Source: an uncultured Campylobacterales bacterium
GTDB lineage: Bacteria; Campylobacterota; Campylobacteria; Campylobacterales; CACVAW01
Length of the DNA: 64,000 nucleotides
Assembly: GCA_902727925.1 (NCBI GenBank)
Contig: CACVAW010000040.1
Location: 5,075-69,074, forward strand
Direction: 5' to 3'
Part shown: piece after piece, positions 21,186 through 29,158 of the stretch
Layout of the letters: the number at the start of each line of letters is the position of its first letter
How positions within the stretch are numbered: the stretch's first letter is position 1
Notes under the pieces: generated by a model
What the model was told of the DNA's origin: nothing
Seen by the model: the letters and a program-made list of their open reading frames with translations, nothing else
The model's database searches: none
Program-made: the position numbers and the translations under genes

Positions 21186-21240
21186 TATCTAAATAAATAA
21201 GGATAGTTAATTTAAAATTATTATTACTCAGAATATTTTA

Positions 21241-21313
21241 TACACAGGGGGGATTCGAACCCCCGACCTTAGATTTATGAAGTCTATGCTCTATCCAGCT
21301 GAGCTATATGCTC
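21241..21313 (-). tRNA. tRNA-like element, anticodon CAU (Met / Ile2 type), with an acceptor stem that I cannot pair; possible pseudogene
   Basis: The minus strand reads GAGCATA-TA-GCTC-AGCTGGATA-GAGC-A-TAGAC-TTCATAA-ATCTA-AGGTC-GGGGG-TTCGAAT-CCCCC-CTGTGTA. The D-arm and T-arm are canonical. The 31-39 pair is a C/A mismatch. The 5' GAGCATA does not complement the 3' CTGTGTA. Confidence 0.5.
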
Positions 21314-21498
21314 ACAAAATTTAGATAAATCTAATTTTTGGATGAAAAATTCTAACATACATATCTAAAACTAAATAATTTACCAAAACTAATACCTTAT
21401 CTTACATTTCATCAAAAACTATTATTATACCTTTTCATTTAGATAAATTTTACTTCACTATAATAGCATATTGAAAACTGAATAACTATAGGAAATTT

Positions 21499-22113
21499 AT
21501 GGACTTTTTGGAAATACAAAACTTCAGACATGCTTGTAAAATATTTGATACTAATAAAAAAATATCTACTTCAGACTTTGATTATATTCTTGAGTGTGCG
21601 AGACTATCCCCATCAAGCTTTGGTATGCAACCTTGGAAATTAATTGTTATTGAAGATGAGAAAAGAAAAGAAGACATAAAGCCACTTTGTTGGAATCAAG
21701 CTCAAATTACTAGCTGTTCACAATTAGTAATCATAGTAGCAAACAAAGATATAGTTGAGCCAACAAACCCTCATGTTAAGAATATGTTTAGATCTCGTGG
21801 TTTACCACAAGACGCAGTAGATAACTATATTAAGCTTTACACTGACTTTATAGAATCTACAAGACAAACTACAGGTATATATAACTGGGTATCAAAACAG
21901 TGTTATATCCTACTAGCAAATATAATGAACGCAGCAGCAAGTCTAAAGATAGACTCTTGTCCAATAGAGGGTTTCCACAAAGAAAAGCTAGAGAAGTATT
22001 TAGAACTTGATACTTCAAAAGAAGAGATATCTGTAGTATCAACTTTTGGATATAGAGTAAACGAAGCACCTGAGAAAATAAGACTTGATATTAACAAAAT
22101 AGTAAAGAGATAA
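21499..22113 (+). CDS. NAD(P)H nitroreductase family protein
   Basis: 204 aa. RHACKIFD...LSPSSFGMQPW is the typical nitroreductase N-terminus. Confidence 0.8.
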   Translation: MDFLEIQNFRHACKIFDTNKKISTSDFDYILECARLSPSSFGMQPWKLIVIEDEKRKEDIKPLCWNQAQITSCSQLVIIVANKDIVEPTNPHVKNMFRSRGLPQDAVDNYIKLYTDFIESTRQTTGIYNWVSKQCYILLANIMNAAASLKIDSCPIEGFHKEKLEKYLELDTSKEEISVVSTFGYRVNEAPEKIRLDINKIVKR

Positions 22114-22118
22114 CAAAT

Positions 22119-24866
22119 ATGGATTATAAAGATACATTACTACTACCAAAAACCAGTTTTCCAATGCGTGGAAACCTCCCTCAAAATGAACCTAAAAGAT
22201 ACAAGAAGTGGAGCGAAGAAAAAGCTTACGGTAAAATGAAAGCTAATCATAAAGACAAAACTCCTTTTACTCTTCATGATGGACCTCCTTATGCCAATGG
22301 AAATACCCATATAGGTCATGCACTAAACAAAATACTAAAAGATATTGTTGTAAAAACCAATTATTTTTCAGGCGCAGACGTAAGATTCACTCCAGGGTGG
22401 GATTGTCACGGGTTACCAATAGAGCAACAAGTTGAGAAAAAAATAGGCAAAACAAAAAAAGACACCTTACCAAAAGAAGTCATAAGAAGACTATGCCGTG
22501 AACATGCAACTAAGTTTGTAGATATTCAGAAAAAAGAATTTAATGAACTAGGTGTTACTGCGGACTGGGAAAATCCATACTTAACTATGAAATATCCTTT
22601 TGAAGCTTCAATATACAAAACACTAATCGAAATAGCAAAAAAAGGACTTCTTACACAAAGAAGTAAACCAGTATATTGGTCATATGCGGCAAAAACGGCA
22701 CTCGCAGAAGCTGAAGTAGAATATCAAGACAAAGAAGATTTTTCTATCTATGTAGCTTTTGATTTACAAGAAGAAGCTCTGAAAAACCTTGATATTAAAC
22801 AAGCAAGTATTGTAATATGGACAACAACCCCATGGACACTTCCTGCAAATGTAGGGATATCACTAAACCCTGATGAAGACTATGTATTAACAAGTGATGG
22901 ATATATAGTAGCAAACGAACTATATAAAACTCTAAAAAAAAAGAATATAGTAAAAGGTGAAATAGCAAAAACTTTCAAAGCCTCAATACTAGAAAATACA
23001 ACTGCCACAAACCCACTAAATAATAGAACATCTACAATAATACTTGGAGACCATGTAACAACTGATGGTGGAACTGGATGTGTCCATACAGCACCAGGAC
23101 ACGGTGAAGAGGATTATAAAATAGGTCTTAAATATAACCTTGATGTAATTATGCCTGTAGATGAAGAGGGAAAATACGATCAAAGTATTATTACATCAAA
23201 ACTACTTCCAGAAGAGTTTTTAGGAACACATATATTTGATGCCAATGAAAAAATACTTGAACTTCTTGGAAGCAATCTTTTAAATGTAAGTAAATTCACT
23301 CACTCATACCCATTTTGTTGGAGAACCCACAAACCTGTAATCTATAGAGCAACTAAACAATGGTTTATCTCTATGGATGAACCTTATCATGAAAATAAAA
23401 CACTTAGAGAGGTAGCTCTTAATGAAATAGAAAAAATCAATTTCATACCAAAAACAGGCGAAAATAGACTAAAGAGTATGATAGAAAATAGACCTGATTG
23501 GTGTATATCAAGACAACGAGACTGGGGTGTTCCCATAGCATTTTTTGTTGACAAAACTACAGGTGAGCCAGTATTTGATGAAAAGGTACTCAACTTCATA
23601 GCTATGATATTTGAAATAGAGGGCTGTGATGCATGGTGGACAAGAAGTATTGAAGAGCTTCTTAATCCTGCTTCTGGACTTGATCCTAAAAACCTAGAAA
23701 AAGTTACTGATATACTTGATGTTTGGTTTGATAGTGGAAGTACTTGGAACGCAGTACTTAATCATAGTGACTATGACGCAGGGCAAAGTATCTCTGATGT
23801 ATACCTTGAGGGAAGTGATCAGCACCGTGGATGGTTTCAAAGCTCACTTCTTATAAGTTGTGCTTTAAGAGGCGTGTCACCATACAAAACTCTTATAACT
23901 CATGGCTTCACCGTAGACGCCAAGGGTGAGAAGATGAGTAAATCAAAAGGTAATGTAGTTGCACCTGCTGAGATACTTAAGAAGTATGGCTCAGAAATAC
24001 TTCGTCTTTGGGTAGCAAATAGTGACTATACAAAAGACTTAAAAATAAGTGACAATATCTTATCTCAAAGTGCAGAACAGTACAAAAAGATAAGAAATAC
24101 AATTAGATTTCTTTTAGCTAATATAAATGACATAGAATCAATCGATACAAATATAGAGTTTTGTGAACTTGATATTTGGATATTAAATCATGCAAAAGAG
24201 GTTTTTGCGTCTGTTAGTACTGATATGCACAATTACGAATATGCAAAAGCAATATCTACTCTTATGAACTTTATATCAGTTGAATTAAGTGGTATATATA
24301 TGGATGTATGTAAAGATAGACTATATTGTAACGCTCTTACTGATACTAAAAGAATAAGTGCAACTACAACAATGGCAATAATCACAAAAGAGTTATTACC
24401 ATTAATCGCACCGATACTTACATATACAGTAGATGAAATACTTGAATATGCTCCTGAGTTTATCAAAGATGGAGCGACAGATGTATTTGATCTTGAATTT
24501 AGAAATATAGACTTATCAAAAGAAGCAAAGATAGATATAAACTCTCTTCTTGAAATAAGAGAAAAATTCTCTGAAATAGTAGATGCTCTAAAAAAAGAAA
24601 AGATAATAAAATCAACTCTTGAAGTGGGTATCATAAGTAAATATGAAGACTTATACAAGCTTGATAATCAAGATATAGTAGATCTATTTCTTGTAAGTAT
24701 AGTTGAAAAATCAAATGACTCTAAAACACTAAAATCATTTGAATTTAATAATCACAACTTCGATATAGTACTTCTAAACAACGAAAAATGTCCTAGATGT
24801 TGGAAACAAAATATAACAAAAGACCAAAACACTTGCCAACGATGTGAGGATGCTATAAATGTTTAG
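22119..24866 (+). CDS. ileS: isoleucine--tRNA ligase
   Basis: 915 aa. It has the HIGH-type motif PPYANGNTHIGH, KMSKS and a C-terminal Zn ribbon CPRCW...CQRC. Confidence 0.95.
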   Translation: MDYKDTLLLPKTSFPMRGNLPQNEPKRYKKWSEEKAYGKMKANHKDKTPFTLHDGPPYANGNTHIGHALNKILKDIVVKTNYFSGADVRFTPGWDCHGLPIEQQVEKKIGKTKKDTLPKEVIRRLCREHATKFVDIQKKEFNELGVTADWENPYLTMKYPFEASIYKTLIEIAKKGLLTQRSKPVYWSYAAKTALAEAEVEYQDKEDFSIYVAFDLQEEALKNLDIKQASIVIWTTTPWTLPANVGISLNPDEDYVLTSDGYIVANELYKTLKKKNIVKGEIAKTFKASILENTTATNPLNNRTSTIILGDHVTTDGGTGCVHTAPGHGEEDYKIGLKYNLDVIMPVDEEGKYDQSIITSKLLPEEFLGTHIFDANEKILELLGSNLLNVSKFTHSYPFCWRTHKPVIYRATKQWFISMDEPYHENKTLREVALNEIEKINFIPKTGENRLKSMIENRPDWCISRQRDWGVPIAFFVDKTTGEPVFDEKVLNFIAMIFEIEGCDAWWTRSIEELLNPASGLDPKNLEKVTDILDVWFDSGSTWNAVLNHSDYDAGQSISDVYLEGSDQHRGWFQSSLLISCALRGVSPYKTLITHGFTVDAKGEKMSKSKGNVVAPAEILKKYGSEILRLWVANSDYTKDLKISDNILSQSAEQYKKIRNTIRFLLANINDIESIDTNIEFCELDIWILNHAKEVFASVSTDMHNYEYAKAISTLMNFISVELSGIYMDVCKDRLYCNALTDTKRISATTTMAIITKELLPLIAPILTYTVDEILEYAPEFIKDGATDVFDLEFRNIDLSKEAKIDINSLLEIREKFSEIVDALKKEKIIKSTLEVGIISKYEDLYKLDNQDIVDLFLVSIVEKSNDSKTLKSFEFNNHNFDIVLLNNEKCPRCWKQNITKDQNTCQRCEDAINV

Positions 24867-24960
24867 TAACCCTATAGAGTTTGATATCATCATCTATACT
24901 ATATTAGGAATTTTTGTAGTAATAGGTGTTGGTATAGTGGCGGTCAGAATGAAAAAATGA
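24859..24960 (+). CDS. candidate 33-aa single-TM small protein (below the ORF-track cutoff)
   Basis: The ATG at 24859 overlaps the last 8 nt of ileS. It translates to MFSNPIEFDIIIYTILGIFVVIGVGIVAVRMKK. Its TGA overlaps the radC ATG (ATGA at 24957-24960). Confidence 0.35.
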   Translation: MFSNPIEFDIIIYTILGIFVVIGVGIVAVRMKK

Positions 24961-25616
24961 AAAGCCTAACATCTTTATACAAACATGACAAGCCAAGAGA
25001 AAAGTTAGTAAATAAAGGTGTTAGTGCATTAGATGACAAGGAGCTTATGGCTCTTATCCTAGGGAGTGGAGCTAGAGGCAAAGATGTGCTTAAGCTCTCC
25101 CGTGACATAATCAAGCTTTTCAAAGCAGACTTTGAAAATATCGACTACGAAAAACTTATGAACTTGCACGGTATTGGAGATGCTACATCTTGCAAGATAC
25201 TAGCTTCAATAGAACTCTCACGAAGATACCTAATCAAACAAAACAACAAAATCAAAACAGCCAATGATGCCTATCAAGAAGTAAAATCATATGCAAACAA
25301 ACAACAAGAGTATTTTCTTACCCTCACACTTGATGGTGCTTCACACCTCATAGAAAAAAGAGTAGTATTCATAGGAACTCTTAATAGAACACTCATACAC
25401 CCTAGAGAAATATTCGCAGATGCCATATCTGATAGAGCAGCTTCTATAATCCTAGCTCATAATCACCCCTGTGGAACTCTAAGCTCAAGCTTAGCAGATG
25501 AGATGATCACTGACAAAATAGCAGGAGTAGGTAGAATGGTAGGAATAGAAGTCAAAGACCACCTAATAATCACAAAAGAAGGATACTTTAGCTTCAAAGA
25601 AAAGGGACTTATATGA
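24957..25616 (+). CDS. radC: RadC-family JAB-domain protein
   Basis: An N-terminal HhH-like region (LMALILGSG) is followed by the JAMM motif ILAHNHPCG. 219 aa. Confidence 0.85.
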   Translation: MKSLTSLYKHDKPREKLVNKGVSALDDKELMALILGSGARGKDVLKLSRDIIKLFKADFENIDYEKLMNLHGIGDATSCKILASIELSRRYLIKQNNKIKTANDAYQEVKSYANKQQEYFLTLTLDGASHLIEKRVVFIGTLNRTLIHPREIFADAISDRAASIILAHNHPCGTLSSSLADEMITDKIAGVGRMVGIEVKDHLIITKEGYFSFKEKGLI

Positions 25617-26167
25617 GACTAAAAAGTAGTGCCAAAGACTTTTCAATAAATATCAATGGAGCTTCTTGGAAATTCATTGATAGCTTAGTAGCCAAAGATA
25701 TACCCCAACTAAATTTCAAAAAATATGTTTATGATCCTTGCCAAATAGAACTAACAGAACTAGAAAATGACTTTGCACAGTTTTTAGAAGAAAACTCATC
25801 TGATATGCTTTGGTGGTACAAAAACTCAAACCAAACACACCAAAATGAAATATTCATCCAATATCTAAATATAAAAATATCTCCCGACTTTATGGTCATG
25901 ATGGAAGATGGATTTCTAGGACTTTTTATACTAGATCAAAACCAAAGAAACCTAAAAGACATAGCCAAAATATTACAAAATTTCATAAAAATATATAACT
26001 CAAAACATAAACTTTTTGGAGGGATTATCACCAAATGCAACGATTCGTTTTGGATAAGTGATAGTAGCGAATATGAAGAGTTAATCGATGATGGTATCAT
26101 TCAAGAAAACGACGAAAGAAAATGGTACAAACTAAAAACCTATATAAATAATCTAAATTGTGAATAA
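25613..26167 (+). CDS. hypothetical protein resembling the C-terminal endonuclease-like module of type III restriction / ResIII helicase proteins
   Basis: The start overlaps the radC stop (ATGA). The pattern is FAQFLE...WWYKN (25811-25825)...ISPDF (25883-25891)...GLFILDQNQ...LFGGII...WYKL. The expected D/E-x-K reads D-Q-N. Confidence 0.6.
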   Translation: MRLKSSAKDFSININGASWKFIDSLVAKDIPQLNFKKYVYDPCQIELTELENDFAQFLEENSSDMLWWYKNSNQTHQNEIFIQYLNIKISPDFMVMMEDGFLGLFILDQNQRNLKDIAKILQNFIKIYNSKHKLFGGIITKCNDSFWISDSSEYEELIDDGIIQENDERKWYKLKTYINNLNCE

Positions 26168-27200
26168 AAAAGGCAATAATGTGGATAACAACGATGAACT
26201 AAAACAACTAATGGATGAAGCCAAAGAGCTATATACCAAAGGTAAATACAAAGAATCTATAGAACTATATAAAAAAGCTATAGAATTAGATTCTAATAAT
26301 GCTGAAGCATACAACAATATGGGAGCTGTTTATTGTAAATTAAAAGAGTATGACAAAGCGATAGAAAAATATGAGAAAGCTATAAAAACAGATCCTAATT
26401 ATACTAAAGCATATTACAATATAGGGAATACTTATGGTTTATTAAAAGAGTATAATAAAGCGATAGAAAAATATGAGGAAGCTATAAAGCTAAACCCTTA
26501 TTATTCTGATGCATATCATAATATGGGGAATGCTTATTATAGATTAAAAGAATATAACAAAGCGATAGAAAAATATGAGGAAGCTATAAAAATAGATCCT
26601 AAACAAATATATAAAGAGAATCTAAGCTATACAAAAAATCAAATAGCAATTGAAGAGAATAGAAAGAAAATAGAAGAAGAGCTAAGAGCAGAGTATGGGT
26701 CGTTTTATGGTGAATTGATATCAAAAAGAATAAAAGAAGAAAAAATAGAGCTTAACGAAACTAAAGATAAAATAAAGTGGGGTTCTTATCTTCTAATAGT
26801 CATTTTTATTGGTGTCTTAGGATTTTTTATTTTTTTATATATTTGTTATTTAAAAGATGATATTGAAAACTTACATTTTTTTATACTACAATCAAATTTT
26901 ACAGCGTTGTTTATATCCTATCCTATTATATGGGTATTTAACACCTTAAGTAGGCGAAAAAAAGTCTTGGAATTAAGTATCCATGACCTACAAGACAAGC
27001 ACTATCTTATATCACTTTTTCAATCACAGTCAGAAGAAAATAGAGAAAAATACACTGATAAGATGTTTGGTATCATGTCTGAGGACTCCACAGCAAAGCT
27101 ACTAAAATCTATGTACAAAAAAGAGAACAACAAATCAAAAATAGTAGATAAAATATCAATAGACGAACTTACAAAATTAATAGAACAGTATAAAAAATAA
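26160..27200 (+). CDS. TPR-repeat protein with C-terminal two-TM module
   Basis: The GTG start overlaps the upstream gene by 8 nt. At least four 34-aa TPR units occur with a 102-nt period (26343, 26445, 26547). Hydrophobic helices lie at about 26778-26855 and 26877-26945, followed by an 80-aa charged tail. Confidence 0.8.
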   Translation: MNKKGNNVDNNDELKQLMDEAKELYTKGKYKESIELYKKAIELDSNNAEAYNNMGAVYCKLKEYDKAIEKYEKAIKTDPNYTKAYYNIGNTYGLLKEYNKAIEKYEEAIKLNPYYSDAYHNMGNAYYRLKEYNKAIEKYEEAIKIDPKQIYKENLSYTKNQIAIEENRKKIEEELRAEYGSFYGELISKRIKEEKIELNETKDKIKWGSYLLIVIFIGVLGFFIFLYICYLKDDIENLHFFILQSNFTALFISYPIIWVFNTLSRRKKVLELSIHDLQDKHYLISLFQSQSEENREKYTDKMFGIMSEDSTAKLLKSMYKKENNKSKIVDKISIDELTKLIEQYKK

Positions 27201-27223
27201 TTTAATCAAATAAAGGAATAAAA

Positions 27224-27718
27224 ATGACTGAAATACTAATAATATCAGCTACCTCAAACAACAACCTAGCACTAGCTAAAAAAATACAAGAAAACTTAAC
27301 CCTATCATCAAAAATCATCGACATAGAAGAACTAAACCTCCCACTATTCACCACAAAAGAAGCAAAATCAAATGGAGTGCCACAAGAAATACTAGACATA
27401 GCAAAACAAATGATTCCAACAAAAGCATTCATATTTGTAGCTCCTGAGTATAATGGACTAACACCACCAACACTAAGCAACTTCATAGCTTGGCTATCAA
27501 AAGTAGGTGATGACTTTAGAGAAGTTTTCAATACAAAACATATAGCACTCGCAACACATAGTGGTGGACTAGCACCCAAGCTAATGATGGCTATGAGAAT
27601 GCAGTTCACTCACCTAGGAGCTAATCTAATAGGAAGAGAAATAATAACTTCGTACCAAAAAGAACTAAACATTCAAGCAGTAAAAGATATAGAAAAGGAG
27701 TTCAAAAAGATTTGCTAA
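27224..27718 (+). CDS. NADPH-dependent FMN reductase / flavodoxin-like fold protein
   Basis: The N-terminus is ILIISATSNNN, and the FVAPEYNGLTPPTLSNFIAWLS motif is present. The antisense ORF 27202..27609 has low-complexity composition and is rejected. Confidence 0.7.
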   Translation: MTEILIISATSNNNLALAKKIQENLTLSSKIIDIEELNLPLFTTKEAKSNGVPQEILDIAKQMIPTKAFIFVAPEYNGLTPPTLSNFIAWLSKVGDDFREVFNTKHIALATHSGGLAPKLMMAMRMQFTHLGANLIGREIITSYQKELNIQAVKDIEKEFKKIC

Positions 27719-27743
27719 AATCTTATACTCCTATCAGAATTAT

Positions 27744-27786
27744 TTAGCTAAAATTCAGAATTAATAAACTTAAGAATTTTAGCTAA
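27744..27786. repeat. 13-bp perfect inverted repeat abutting the gatA Shine-Dalgarno
   Basis: TTAGCTAAAATTC-17 nt-GAATTTTAGCTAA. The 3' arm ends inside AAGGA (27785-27789), 7 nt before the TTG start at 27797. Confidence 0.45.
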
Positions 27787-27796
27787 GGAAAACGAA

Positions 27797-29158
27797 TTGA
27801 TTACATTAGCACAAGCACTAAAACTACCAAAAGAAGAACTAATAGACTTTAAAAAAGACTTATCAAAAAACATCAAAGAGCAGTCTAAATTAGGTGCTTA
27901 TGTAGAGCAATTCACAAACACAGACATATCAAGCCTAAATGATGCTGGCATACCTATAGCTATAAAAGATAATATAGCGGTCAAAGACTGGGCTATGACA
28001 TGTAGTTCAAACATACTTCAAGGATATATATCTCCTTATAATGCAACTGTAATTAACAACCTACTTAAAAATAACATGACTCCATTTGGCAGATGCAATA
28101 TGGATGAATTTGCTATGGGAAGTTCCACTGAAACAAGCTTTTATGGTAAGACTCTTAATCCTGTAAACAGTGAATATGTTCCAGGTGGAAGTAGTGGAGG
28201 AAGTGCTGCGAGTGTTGCTGGTGGTATTGCAATTGCAGCTCTTGGAAGTGATACGGGAGGAAGTATCCGTCAGCCTGCTGCGTTTTGTGGATGTGTGGGT
28301 ATGAAACCAACTTATGGGAGAGTATCAAGATATGGTCTAAGTGCATTTTCAAGTTCACTTGATCAAATAGGACCACTCACTCAAACAGTCGAAGACGCAA
28401 GTATTTTGTATGACTCAATCAGTGGATATGATGAGAATGATAGTACAAGTGCAGATGTGAAATATACAAGTACACATAAAAATCTCGATCCAAATAAAAA
28501 ATACAAAATAGCTGTAATAAAAAACTATCTTGAAGATGCAAATAAAGAAATAGTAGCTAAAACACTAGACGCAATAAAAGTACTCGAAAATGAAGGTCAC
28601 GAAATCATCTATAAAGAGATGAGTAACTCAAAATATGATGTATCAGCATACTATGTACTAGCAACTGCTGAAGCGAGTACAAACTTAAGCCGTTATGATG
28701 GTGTAAGGTATGGAAATAGAACAAAAGATGCTAGCAACCTATCAGAGCTATACAAAAACACTAGAAAATCTGGATTTGGAGATGAAGTACAAAGAAGAAT
28801 ATTACTTGGAACATTTGTTCTTAGTAGTGGATACTATGATGCATACTACATAAAAGCACAAAAAACTAGACAACTAATCAAAAAAGAGTATGAACAAATA
28901 TTAAGTGAGTGTGATCTTATTCTTACTCCTGTAACGCCAACTACTGCATTTAAGTTTGACAGTGTTAAAGATCCACTTGAAATGTATCTAAGTGATATTT
29001 ACACGATTGCGGTAAACTTAGCAGGTCTTCCTGCAATATCAGTTCCAATAGGAAATGATAGTAAAAACCTACCTATAGGTGTTCAACTAATAGCTGGAGC
29101 ATACGAAGAGCAGACACTATTCAACGGGGCAGCAAGTCTTGAAAGAGGTATAAAGTGA
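27797..29158 (+). CDS. gatA: Glu-tRNA(Gln)/Asp-tRNA(Asn) amidotransferase subunit A
   Basis: The amidase signature is GGSSGGSAASVAGG...GSDTGGSIRQPA. TTG start. Confidence 0.9.
   Translation: MITLAQALKLPKEELIDFKKDLSKNIKEQSKLGAYVEQFTNTDISSLNDAGIPIAIKDNIAVKDWAMTCSSNILQGYISPYNATVINNLLKNNMTPFGRCNMDEFAMGSSTETSFYGKTLNPVNSEYVPGGSSGGSAASVAGGIAIAALGSDTGGSIRQPAAFCGCVGMKPTYGRVSRYGLSAFSSSLDQIGPLTQTVEDASILYDSISGYDENDSTSADVKYTSTHKNLDPNKKYKIAVIKNYLEDANKEIVAKTLDAIKVLENEGHEIIYKEMSNSKYDVSAYYVLATAEASTNLSRYDGVRYGNRTKDASNLSELYKNTRKSGFGDEVQRRILLGTFVLSSGYYDAYYIKAQKTRQLIKKEYEQILSECDLILTPVTPTTAFKFDSVKDPLEMYLSDIYTIAVNLAGLPAISVPIGNDSKNLPIGVQLIAGAYEEQTLFNGAASLERGIK

Noticed and set aside
21186-21498. I considered whether the tRNA-like locus is an integration hotspot carrying an island or prophage.
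   Set aside because: There is no integrase, excisionase or phage-like gene on either side. The flanking genes (rnj, nitroreductase, ileS) are ordinary chromosomal genes. Only a short 11-nt direct repeat is seen.
26240-26600. A regularly spaced conserved core of about 40 nt (AAAGAGTATAATAAAGCGATAGAAAAATATGAGGAAGCTATAAA) alternates with about 60-nt variable segments. This superficially resembles a CRISPR array.
   Set aside because: The period is exactly 102 nt (34 codons), in frame within a long ORF. It encodes canonical TPR units, so these are protein repeats and not a CRISPR array.
27202-27609. A 135-aa minus-strand ORF competes with the plus-strand ORF 27224..27718.
   Set aside because: The plus-strand product has the FMN-reductase-type PEYNG motif and a proper RBS context. 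The minus-strand product is compositionally odd.
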